A stretch of 64,000 nt of DNA from Macrostomum lignano (taxonomy: Eukaryota): assembly GCA_002269645.1 (NCBI GenBank), contig NIVC01001911.1, forward strand, positions 62,001-126,000, read 5' to 3'. Shown in pieces: positions 12,194 through 22,870 of the stretch. The position numbers and the translations under genes are program-made. The notes beneath the pieces are model-generated. The model was not told where the DNA came from, searched no databases, and saw only the letters and a list, made by a program, of their open reading frames with translations. Position 1 is the first letter of the stretch. The number at the start of each line of letters is the position of its first letter.

Positions 12194-13542
12194 TTTCGTA
12201 TTAATATTTCTAGATTTGTTTTGATTTTCGGCTCGTGAACTAATCAGTTGTAGAGGTGGCAGTTCTTCAACTGAAGTTACAACAGCTTAAAGACGCGTTG
12301 TTACGAGTGGCTATGCGGCACCAGCGTAGTGAAATTGCTGCCGATAAAATTTCTGGCAGCAAGCATAGCTTGCGTTATTTTTTGCCACAGACAAGTTGAC
12401 AAGTAAGATATGGTCAACCAACTGCGATAGAATCTCGCAAAAGTGCAAGTTTTTATTATTTCACTTATTACAGACAATTTAGAATTTATCTAGTGCATAC
12501 TTGATATGCAAATGGTGTTGAATTTTTTTAAAAGTTTGAAAGGTTAAAAGCATATCTTTTCGTTATTGTTTGAGATGTCAATGCTGATGCTAACTAAGAT
12601 GTTCTTTTTCTGGAATTGATTGATTTCTAGACTATTGCTTAAAGTACTGTTTTTGATCAACGAAGTAAGCATTTTAAGGCTCACGGTGAGAATCTCTATG
12701 ATGTAAGAAGTTTAATTTGGTGTAGATTAATTTTGCGCTGTGGCGGCCAGACTGTACGCGACCGGCAGCACCAGTGCAGCCGCACTGGAAACCCCCAACC
12801 TCTTGTCTAGCTGAGGTGGGGTGGGTGCGCACCAAGCTAGCCGGCTCGCTAAGCCGGGGAGTTGGCGTAGCCAATCACGCCACGCCACCTTTTCGCACCT
12901 CCCTAGGCCCCTCAATATCGCTCTGTTTGTGTAAACATAAATATACGCACAAAGCAGCGCAAAATCTTCGCTGCCATTCCATCTATTGAACTAAAAAGGC
13001 CTTCCGCCTCAGCGCTAAAATTTCGTTCCGACAAATGCCGAAACGAAAAGGTAAAAGTGCCACAAGTAAGATTCGAGCTGCAAAGCATAAGCGGTGCGAT
13101 GAGTCTGAGAGTGAACGCCAGCTTCGAGCTGACCAGTTCGAAGGTACGCCTCCACATATGGACTATATTAGCGTTCGACGTGCTATTGCAGAGCATATTT
13201 CTCCCCTACTATGTATACTCGTAGTACTCGTAGCCGACATACTACGAGTATAAATGTTGTGCTGGAATTGCAGTTTTTAATGGTCCGATCGGGTTTAGCT
13301 TGGTAGGGTGGTAAACCAGTGGGGCGTGGCTCTTGTGCTTTGATGCGGGGTGGTGGGGCCGTGCTTTGGTCCCGTGCCATCGGTTTGGGTGCCTTTATTT
13401 AGCGCCTCTGGCCCGCTAAGTACGTGTCGATTTTTCTCTTCTAAGTCTCCAAGATTTTCTAAGTTTTTAGTCCTTTAAAATAAAGTAAATACTCGTAAAT
13501 ACGAGTTTACGTAAATACAGTACGCTCGTACGCTCGTATTAC

Positions 13543-13612
13543 TGCGGCCAGACTCGAACTCGCGCCTCTCGTGCTAAATGCCTTGAATTCGTCTCACTGG
13601 TTTAACTATGAA
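13543..13612 (-). mobile_element. Possible tRNA-derived SINE head
   Basis: B-box-like GAGTTCGAGTCT with a degenerate A-box-like TAGTTAAACCAGTGAG upstream; no complete cloverleaf. Confidence 0.3.
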
Positions 13613-13619
13613 TCAGATT

Positions 13620-14190
13620 GTTCCACTGTTTCTATTCCACTGGGTCTATCTGCCCTATTCCACTGTGTCTATCTGCCCTATTCCACTGTGTCTATCTGCC
13701 CTATTTCACTGTGTCTATCTGCCCTATTCCAGTGTGTCTATCTGCCCTATTCCGCTGTGTCTACCTGCCCTATTCCGCTGTGTCTATCTGCCCTATTCCG
13801 CTGTGTCTACCTGCTCTATTTCACTGTGTCTACCTGCCCTATTCCGCTGTGTCTATCTGCCCTATTCCGCTGTGCTATCTGACCTATTCTGCTGTCTATC
13901 TGCCCTATTCCACTGTGTCTATCTGCCCTATTTCACTGTGTCTATCTGCCCTATTCCAGTGTGTCTATCTGCCCTATTCCGCTGTGTCTACCTGCCCTAT
14001 TCCGCTGTGTCTATCTGCCCTATTCCGCTGTGTCTACCTGCTCTATTTCACTGTGTCTACCTGCCCTATTCCGCTGTGTCTATCTGCCCTATTCCGCTGT
14101 GCTATCTGACCTATTCTGCTGTCTATCTGCTCTATTCCACTGTGTTTATCTGCCCTATTTTGCTGTCTATCGGCCCTATTCTACTGTGTC
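13620..14190. repeat. 23-bp satellite array 2 (same family, intergenic)
   Basis: Same unit and orientation as array 1. Confidence 0.95.
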
Positions 14191-14503
14191 TTTCAGGTTG
14201 ACATTTTCGCGTAAAATTGTTTATTAAAATTACATTCTAACTCGCGTACTAATAGTTTGTATAAGCGAATTTTTTTCTACACCATAAAGTAGAAAAAAGT
14301 TTTTACGAGTTTAACCACAGACATTTGATAATTAAATAATACCAGAGAATATTGAGTATGCATAGAATGCCAACGTAGCTTTAAAAAGTGAAGCCAATTT
14401 TCGCGTTCCGCCGAAAGTTTGGCTTTGGACCATAGACTAAAAATATATTCTAAAGCGTTATTTATTCTCATATAGACCAAACAGCGGCAGCACTTGTAGG
14501 ATT

Positions 14504-14927
14504 ATATAGCTTTTGTCATGCTATCTCAGCCTAGGGACATCCAAACTCAGCCAGCCCCATTCCGCAATGCGTTTTTTGGCTCGAGCTAGTCGAGTTTTAC
14601 CATAGACATGCTTCTTAAGGCCATGCTATCTCAGCCTGGGACATGCAATCTCAGCCAATATAGATTTCAATTGCAAACAGATCTCAATGCTATCATTTCT
14701 GTAACGTGACATGAAATGGCAACAAACAGCAGTGAATGAACGCAGCAAGAAAAGTCAGTAAGAATCTGAAAAGTGGCTGAGATTGCATGTCCCAGGCTGA
14801 GATAGCATGGCCTTAAGAAGCATGTCTATGGTAAAACTTGACTGGCTTACGTAAAAAATCGCACTGTTGAGATGGGCTGGCTGAGTTTGGATGTCTCTAG
14901 GCTGAGATAGCATGACAAATACTATAT
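14504..14927. mobile_element. MITE-like element with about 150-bp terminal inverted repeats
   Basis: TTTGTCATGCTATCTCAGCCTAG..GCAATCTCAGCCA (14512-14658) is mirrored by TGGCTGAGATTGC..GCTGAGATAGCATGACAAA (about 14774-14919); no ORF. Confidence 0.85.
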
Positions 14928-14999
14928 TTATTACAAGTATATTTTTAGCTCAAAACAATTTAGGCGCGTCGGGTGTCCTGAAGACTGGCATCATTAAGG

Positions 15000-16600
15000 C
15001 ATGGTGCGCAGAGAATCCGAGACTTCCAGACAATCAACCCCCGTTTGCTCTTGACACCTTCGCAAACTGAAACCCAGCAGAATGTTTCTTTCAAACAGCA
15101 ACTTTACTGCACCTGTTGCACTAGTTTCAAACTTTGGTATAGCCACGACAGCGCACCTTGTTCCCATTCCGAAAAAGCCAGGTACGATCAGGATCATTTA
15201 ACACAGGGGAATATACACTCGTAGCTGATATTGTGCGCCCCGAAGCTCTTCAACAAGATCTAGCGTGGGGCCAAGGAGCCTCTGGCGGCTGTCTACCTGC
15301 AGCGACGACAACAGGCTGCTGTTGACGAAGCCATCCAGGCCGTCACCGCTGCTGGACCCGACGCCAAACGGCGCGCGGCCTAGTCCGTCATCAACGCTCT
15401 GACCGGGCGGAAGTGGAGCATCCCGCTCAACCCGGCTGGCGATAATCCGGATCAGTGGAAGAAATAACGTCGCCCCCGCTGCCAAACGATCTGAGGCTGC
15501 CGCAGGGGACGGCATTTTGCTGACAGAGGGTTTCAATGTAGCACAAGTCAGCACAGCCGACGTTGTGATGCTCGCTCAAAAGACTTCGGGTGGCAAAGCG
15601 CTGGGTATTCCGAAGAAACCGTATACCACGCGCGGCACAGTGGTGCAGATCCTGGCTCTTCGGCGAGTCATCGAGGAAGCGCGGACCCCCAGTCCAGCCT
15701 GATTACTCTCTTATTGACTTCAGGAAGGTCGTGAGGGCCGTGCTCCCAATGGTGCTTACAATTGTGATGTTCAACGTGCCAGAGCAGCTGATTTCCGCCG
15801 TCATGGCGCTGTACCATGGCACGAGAGCTGCTATGCGGACACCGGACGGCCTGTCGGATTTCTTTGAGACATCCTCTGGGGTGCTTCAGGGAGATACGCT
15901 TGAGCCGTTCCTGTTCGTCCTGCCGCTTGACTGGGTGCTGCGAACCGCCCTAGCTCCCTTCTACCGACGACGGCTTCCTGCTGCAACGACGCGTGGGTCG
16001 TCGCCAACCGGAGAGGCGGCTCGGCGTGCTTGACTACGTCGACGATTTTACCCTACTGTCCTCGACCGTCGAGGGCGCCCAGCGCCAGCTGGACTGGCTT
16101 GTGAGCGTTGCAGTGAGTGTCGGACTGGTAATCAACACGCGGAAGACCGTCGTGCTCTGCGTGCCGGGCGACATCGAGGCTGCAATTTTCTGCCGAGACG
16201 CTGACAGACAGGGGACGAGGCTTCCGCGCTGTCAGCAGTTCGTCTACATCGGCGGTCTGATGCCTGACGTTCGCGAGGCCTGCTAGGCGCTACAAGTGCG
16301 GCTACGAGCGAGTCACCAATGCGGCACTCTACCGCCGCACCGGCCTGTCCCGTCCTAGCGAACTGTTGCGCACCGGGCAACTCCATCTGGCAGGCCACAT
16401 CCAAGCTGAGTCGTACTGCTCACAACCGGTGCCGAAGGTGCTGTTGCTCAAGCTGCAGGCACCCTACCGGCAGGGCAGGTGCGCACTCGGCGTTTCGTCG
16501 ACTGCCTGCTGACTGATATGATGCCGGCGGTGCGGCCTACATTCGCGCCCAGGCCTTGAAACGAGCCCTGTGACGCAGGCTCACTCTTGACTGGCTGACA
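15000..16600 (+). mobile_element. Degenerate RTE-clade non-LTR retrotransposon reverse transcriptase
   Basis: QILALRRVIEE, IDFRK, GVLQGDTLEPFLFVL.LDWVLR, LDYVDD and GLVINTRKT..FVYIGG motifs, interrupted by frameshifts and stops. Outer limits approximate. Confidence 0.88.
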
Positions 16601-16681
16601 ATGCATTTTATCGTTGTTTTTGCTATTGTTGTTGTTGTTGTTGTTGTTGTTTTTGTATTTTTATATTTGTTTAAACGTATA

Positions 16682-17492
16682 CACCATTTTACCTCCATTG
16701 GCTGCATTGGTGAACAAAGTCTTGTTCAAAAGAAACAAGCAAAACTTCAATTCAAACAAAGTCCCTTTCTATTGAAACAGAAAAACTTCAATTCAGACTG
16801 TCTGCGGCCAAAATTGTCCCCGAGTGACGCGCATGCACAGATTTGAAATTCAAAAGAAACAAAGTCACATTCTATTTCGACAGAGATTTTTGCACATACA
16901 TTTAGATACGAGTACATTTTTAGTACATTAATCTAATTTTTTGTTTTTCCTGTACTGAAAAACTGTACAATCGTTGCGCAATAAGAAACGATATGAATGC
17001 TGAAGATCAGATTAAAGAAGACGATGAATTGCTGGAAGAAGGTGGAATCGGTGAATAGCACGGGAATCAGTCGATTGCGACCTATCGGCGAGACATTCTG
17101 TACAGCATGGTGGACAGAACCATTGGCTGCATCTCTGTGGACAAATGCATTGAGTGGTTCAACCATGTGTTTACATGCTTCCCTCGCTGCCTTGGTGGAC
17201 AGGCATTGATGGTTAGGTGTCCCAAGTTGGCCAATTGACACTGTCTTGTTCCTGTTTTTCATTTTACTCTTATGTTCGTCGATATGCTGTGTTTTATCCC
17301 TTTGTTGAAATAGAATACGACTTTGTTTCTTTTGAATTTCAAATCTGCGCATGCGCGTCATTCGGAGATAATTTTGGCCACAGACAGTCTGAATTGAAGT
17401 TCTTCTCTTCTGAAGAATAGAAAGGGACTTCGTTTGAATTGAAGTTCTGCTTGTTTCTTTTGAATTTGTTCAAAATAGGAGGTAAAATGGTG
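16682..17492 (+). mobile_element. Non-autonomous IS630/Tc1-mariner-type DNA transposon
   Basis: About 200-bp imperfect TIRs (CACCATTTTACCTCC... / ...GGAGGTAAAATGGTG) and TA on both sides. Internal remnant ISVDKCIEWFNHVFTCFPRCL resembles DDE_3 transposase C-termini. Confidence 0.8.
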
Positions 17493-17891
17493 TAATACAT
17501 CTGTTAGTAAAAGTAAATAAATAACATGCATACATATAGATATACATGTATATGTAGAGTAGAGCGTTGCAGACAATACATCTTAGGCATTCAGTACGAG
17601 TACACGTAACTCGTACGGCTCGTAGATGGATACATGCTTCATTACGGCAATAAAGCTATTGTCTAACTTGCAATTTTATTTATTAAAGTTTCGCTACTCT
17701 CATTAAAAACAAAATTGGTGACTGAAAATACATAAAAAAGCTACTCATCCTCGTTCAAAAAATAAACAGCGTGTTAGTAGGCAGTAAAACTTACATTGAC
17801 TGCTCAAAAACTACGAGTATAATCAGTAAAAAGTAGAGCTCTTTGACCACCACATGAGCTTATTGTCGAAAACAGTAAACTTGTTTTCGCT

Positions 17892-19023
17892 TTATCGGCG
17901 GCCGGCCTGCTTTCTTTTAAAATAAGCCGCTTCCCGCTGGCTTTTCATATTCTTCAAATCCTTATTGATGGAATCTATTGGGGCCTTTTTTGACGTGGTA
18001 GGCCGGTTCACGGGCCAGCTGATGTCCAACTTCTTTTTTTGTGGCGGTGGCGCCGATTTAAACGGATTTTTGACGCTCTTCACTGCGGAAGGAGAGTGCG
18101 GCGGCTCCGCTGTGTCTACCTGTCCTATTCCGCTGTGTCTACCTGGCCTATTCCGCTGTGTCTACCTGTCCTATTCCGCTGTGTCTACCTGTCCTATTCC
18201 GCTGTGTCTACCTGTCCTATTCCGCTGTGTCTACCTGTCCTATTCCGCTGTGTCTACCTGGCCTATTCCGCTGTGTCTACCTGCCCTATTCCGCTGTATC
18301 TATCTACTCATTCCGCTGTGTCTACCTGCCCTATTCCGCTGTGTCTACCTGCCCTATTCCGCTGTGTCTACCTGCCCTATTCCGCTGTATCTATCTACTC
18401 ATTCCGCTGTGTCTACCTGCCCTATTCCGCTGTGTCAATCTGCCCTATTCCGCTGTGTCTACCTGCCCTATTCCGCTGTGTCTACCTGCCCTATTCCGCT
18501 GTGTCTACCTGCCCTATTCCGCTGTGTCTACCTGCCCTATTCCGCTGTATCTATCTACCCATTCCGCTGTGTCTACCTGCCCTATTCCGCTGTATCTATC
18601 TACCCATTCCGCTGTGTCTACCTGTCCTATTCCGCTGTATCTATCTGCCCATTCCGCTGTGTCTACCTGTCCTATTCCGCTGTATCTATCTGCCCATTCC
18701 GCTGTGTCTACCTGTCCTATTCCGCTGTATCTATCTACCCTATTCCGCTGTATCTATCTACCCTATTCCGCTGTGTCTACCTGCCCTATTCCGCTGTGTC
18801 TATCTACCCTACTCCGCTGTCTACCTGTCCTATTCCGCTGTGTCCATTTACCCTATCCCACTGTGTCTGTTCCTAAATCGTATTTCGAGCCCTATCAGCT
18901 AAAACACAAATAAGCATATTTACCTTTTGCCATAATAGGCCTGGGGCATCCTTGAACTTCAGTAGCTAACATCAGAGCCATTACCAGCACGCATAGAGTT
19001 GTGAGAAGTTGGCAGCTAGACAT
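17892..19023 (-). CDS. Secreted cationic Pro/Lys-rich peptide, paralog B (105 aa, 2 exons)
   Basis: Exon 1 18924-19023 (MSSCQLLTTLCVLVMALMLATEVQGCPRPIMAK). Exon 2 17892-18109 (AEPPHSPSAVKSVKNPFKSAPPPQKKKLDISWPVNRPTTSKKAPIDSINKDLKNMKSQREAAYFKRKQAGRR*). Phase-1 GT-AG intron. Confidence 0.87.
18110..18870. repeat. 23-bp satellite array 3 in the intron of paralog B
   Basis: Dominant variant CCGCTGTGTCTACCTG(C/T)CCTATT. Confidence 0.95.
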
Positions 19024-19895
19024 TTTCGCATTAAATTTTCTTTTTATATCCTTGGTTCGCGTACTACTAAGTTGCAGGGGTGGCAATTATCTAATTGAAG
19101 TTATAACAGCTCAAAGACGCGTTGTTACGAGTTGCTACCTGGCTTCAGCATAGTGAAATTGCTACCGAAAAAGCCGGCAACATGCATAACTTGCGTAATT
19201 TTTTGCCATAGACAAGTAAGATTTGATCAATCAAGTGCGATAGAATCCGGCAAAAGTGCAGATTCTTATTATTTCCCTATTTACTTTCGCTGATTACAGG
19301 AAATTTAGATTTGGAACTTCTAAAGACCTTTACAGCTGTGTCCCAAAGTAGACTGACGTCGCAAGCAGAATTTAATGTAACTTGCATCACTGAATATAGA
19401 TATTTTAGTATATTAGAAGCTCTATGGCTTTTTTGTTAATTATTGTAGTTTTATACAAGAAAGAAGTCATGCATAGAATGAGTATGAGATGAATGTACAT
19501 AAGTCTACGTACATTCAAATTTAATCAACACATCTCATCCCAGATAGTTAACCAACGAATGGACAGAAGCCCTCGAAGTCACACTCGCCTCCTACAATCT
19601 GACAGGTGCGCAACTGAAAGTCTGACATTTTCAAGCCGCTCTGTTTGGACACCAGCAATAACGATACTGGATCTCCTTGCGCGACACCGCAGCACCAGCT
19701 GCCCGTGATCGCCAGGGGTCAGCGGAATGGCAGCGACGCCTCCCGTTGCACTCGGATGCTTGGAGCCGCCTACAGCTGAGTCAAAAGAGGCGACAGCAGT
19801 GTAGCCACCCATGGAAGCGACAATTTTAGCTTGAGAGGCAGCCAAGGAGTTAGGTCAATCTTCCAGGTGATTATGTGATCATCTCCAGAGGTCAC

Positions 19896-20745
19896 ATTCC
19901 GCTGTGTCTATCTGCCCTATTCCACTGTGTCTATCTGCCCTATTCCACTGTGTCTATCTGCCCTATTCCACTGTGTCTATCTGCCCTATTCCACTGTATC
20001 TATCTGCCCTATTCCACTGTGTCTATCTGCCCCATTCCGCTGTGTCTATCTGCCCTATTCCGCTGTGTCTATCTGCCCTATTCCGCTGTGTCTATCTGCC
20101 CTATTCCACTGTGTCTATCTGCCCTATTCCACTGTGTCTATCTGCCCTATTCCACTGTGTCTATCTGCCCTATTCCACTGTGTCTATCTGCCCCATTCCG
20201 CTGTGTCTATCTGCCCCATTCCGCTGTGTCTATCTGCCCTATTCCACTGTGTCTATCTGCCATATTCCACTGTGTCTATCTGCCATATTCCACTGTGTCT
20301 ATCTGCCCTATTCCGCTGTGTCTATCTGCCCTATTCCACTGTGTCTATCTGCCCTATTCCACTGTGTCTATCTGCCCTATTCCACTGTCTATCTGCCCTA
20401 TTCCACTGTGTCTATCTGCTCTATTCCACTGTGTCTATCTGCCCTATTCCGCTGTGTCTATCTGCCCTATTCCACTGTGTCTATCTGCCCTATTCCACTG
20501 TCTATCTGCCCTATTCCACTGTGTCTATCTGCCCTATTCCACTGTCTATCTGCCCTATTCCACTGTGTCTATCTGCCCTATTCCACTGTGTCTATCTGCC
20601 CTATTCCGCTGTGTCTATCTGCCCTATTCCGCTGTGTCTATCTGCCCTATTCCGCTGTGTCTATCTGCCCTATTCCGCTGTGTCTATCTGCCCTATTCCG
20701 CTGTGTCTATCTGCCCCATTCCACTTTGTCTATCGACTATATCTG
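19896..20745. repeat. 23-bp satellite array 4 (intergenic)
   Basis: Same family and orientation as arrays 1-3. Confidence 0.95.
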
Positions 20746-21019
20746 CCCTGTTCCATACGAACGTAGGCTAGTTGACCTTGACGCCAAAATTCTCTATGAA
20801 TGGACGATGATTCTGTATTTACCTGTTAGAGATTTCTACTCGCTGATGGTATTCAAATGCAACTTTTCAATGCCTAAAATCTATGATAGTGACGTCGGCA
20901 CTGTACAGGAACTGCATGACTATTTCTCTGACTTCTCTCAGTAAAAGCAATGTCGAAAGAGTATGATCTATATTGTACCATTGTCACTGCAGACAAGACA
21001 TCTTAGATAATTAGTGTGT

Positions 21020-21870
21020 AAACTGCCAGCCGACAACTGCCAGCCGACAACTGCCAGCCGACAACTGCCAGCCGACAATTGCCAGCCGAGAAAACTGCCA
21101 GCCGACAACTGCCAGTCGACAATTGCCAGCCGAGAAAACTGCCAGCCGGAAAACTGCCAGCCGACAACTGCCAGTCGACAATTGCCAGCCGAGAAAACTG
21201 CCAGCCGGAAAACTGCCAGCCGACAACTGCCAGCCGAGAAATCTGCCAGCCGACAACAGTTGAAGGAGAAAGCATTCAAATTTTGTATTTTAGGTAGCCT
21301 TTGCTCTTTCTTTGAAAGCTTTATTTAAGTAAAGTAATTTAATAGACTTATCTAGGATTGCGTCAGATAGCAATCGCAATCGCAAATTAAATAATAAAGT
21401 AAATAAACTTTCAATACAGAAATATTTACAATAGGCATTACAGAATGCCTTCTCCTTCACATATATACTTCTAATGGAAATCTGAAAAATTTAGGGAAGA
21501 GAAGGGCGACATTTAAGGCTACCCCACAAGCCTTTTGCTAGCCAAACAGTTTCGTGCTTTTTACTTAGCTAATAAGTAGGCTACAGTAGATTCAATTATC
21601 TAGAACTTGTCCGCTGGCAGTTGTCGACTGGCAGTTGTCGGCTGGCAGTTTTCCGGCTGGCAGTTTTCTCGGCTGGCAATTGTCGACTGGCAATTGTCGG
21701 CTGGCAGTTGTCGGCTGGCAGTTTTCCGGCTGGCAGTTTTCTCGGCTGGCAATTGTCGGCTGGCAGTTGTCGGCTGGCAGTTTTCCGGCTGGCAGTTTTC
21801 TCGGCTGGCAATTGTCGGCTGGCAGTTGTCGGCTGGCAGTTGTCGGCTGGCAGTTTTCCGGCTGGCAGTT
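21020..21870. repeat. Pair of oppositely oriented 14-16-bp arrays (AACTGCCAGCCGAC) around a unique spacer of about 350 bp
   Basis: Forward array 21020-21257; reverse-complement array 21613-21870. Confidence 0.85.
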
Positions 21871-22456
21871 GGGGTGGACCCCCCATGTCCAGCAGAGTGG
21901 ACGACAGCGCACCTAGGTCCCAGTTCGAAGAATCCCGGCACGACCAAGATCGAAGAACACAGGGGCAAATACGTATTCAAATTAAACCTTACGATACCTA
22001 CAATTTATGAGTGATGTTTACACTACTGCATCACTATTACTTTGAGCTCTTTCGCTAAAATCAATGTCAAAACGCGTTTTCGAATATTTGTTGGATGCAT
22101 TACTTTACGCTTGTATACAAGCTATAGAGTACACGACTAGAGCGTTGCAGACAATATTGTACATGTTAGGCATTCAGTACGAGTACATGCAACTCGTAGA
22201 TGGATACATGCTTCATTATGGCAAAAAGCTATTTGCAACTTGCAATTTTATTTATTAAAGTTTCGCTACTCTCGTTAAAAAGGGTGACTGAAAAAAATGT
22301 ACAAAAAAGCTATACTCGTACTCCTTCAAAAAAATAAACAGCGTGCTAGTAGTCAATAAAGAACTCACATTGACTGATCAAAAACGATGACCAGTAAAAA
22401 GTAGAGCTCTTTGACACCACATGAGCTTGTTGTCCAATGCAGTAAACTTTTTCGCT

Positions 22457-22870
22457 TCATAGCTTGCCGGCCTGCTTTCTTTTAAAATAAGCCGCTTCCC
22501 GTGCTTTTTTCATTTTCTTCAAATCCTTATTGATGGACTTCATTGAGGCCATTTTTGACTTGACAGGCCGGTTCACGGGCCAGCTGATGTCCAGCTTCTT
22601 TCTTGGAGGAGGTGGCGGCGATTTAAACGGATTTCTTATGTTCTTCACTGCGGAAGAAAGGAGAGGCTCCGCTGTGACGAACTGCTCTATTCCGCCGTGT
22701 CTATCTGTCCTATTATTCCTACATCGTACGTAGAGCCCATGTCAACTAGAACACAAATTAGGATATTTACCTCTTCTTAAAATAGGCCTAGGGCATCCTT
22801 GAACTTCATTAGCTAACATCAGAGCCGTTACCAGCAAGCACAGACTGGTGAAAAGTTGACTGCTCGACAT
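22457..22870 (-). CDS. Secreted cationic Pro/Lys-rich peptide, paralog C (104 aa, 2 exons, 99-bp intron)
   Basis: Exon 1 22771-22870 (MSSSQLFTSLCLLVTALMLANEVQGCPRPILRR). Exon 2 22457-22671 (AEPLLSSAVKNIRNPFKSPPPPPRKKLDISWPVNRPVKSKMASMKSINKDLKKMKKAREAAYFKRKQAGKL*). Confidence 0.87.

Noticed and set aside
13183-13415. Pro-rich ORF as exon 2 of another peptide paralog
   Set aside because: The phase-1 acceptor leads to an immediate in-frame TAA, and there is no NPFK or DISWP motif.
19579-19845. 88-aa minus-strand ORF next to satellite array 4
   Set aside because: No recognisable motif, start context or splice partner.
10925-20944. Long plus-strand Cys-rich ORFs (CVYLPYSTVSICPIPLCLSALFH)n
   Set aside because: These are translations of the 23-bp satellite, open in all three frames, and antisense to introns of the real genes.
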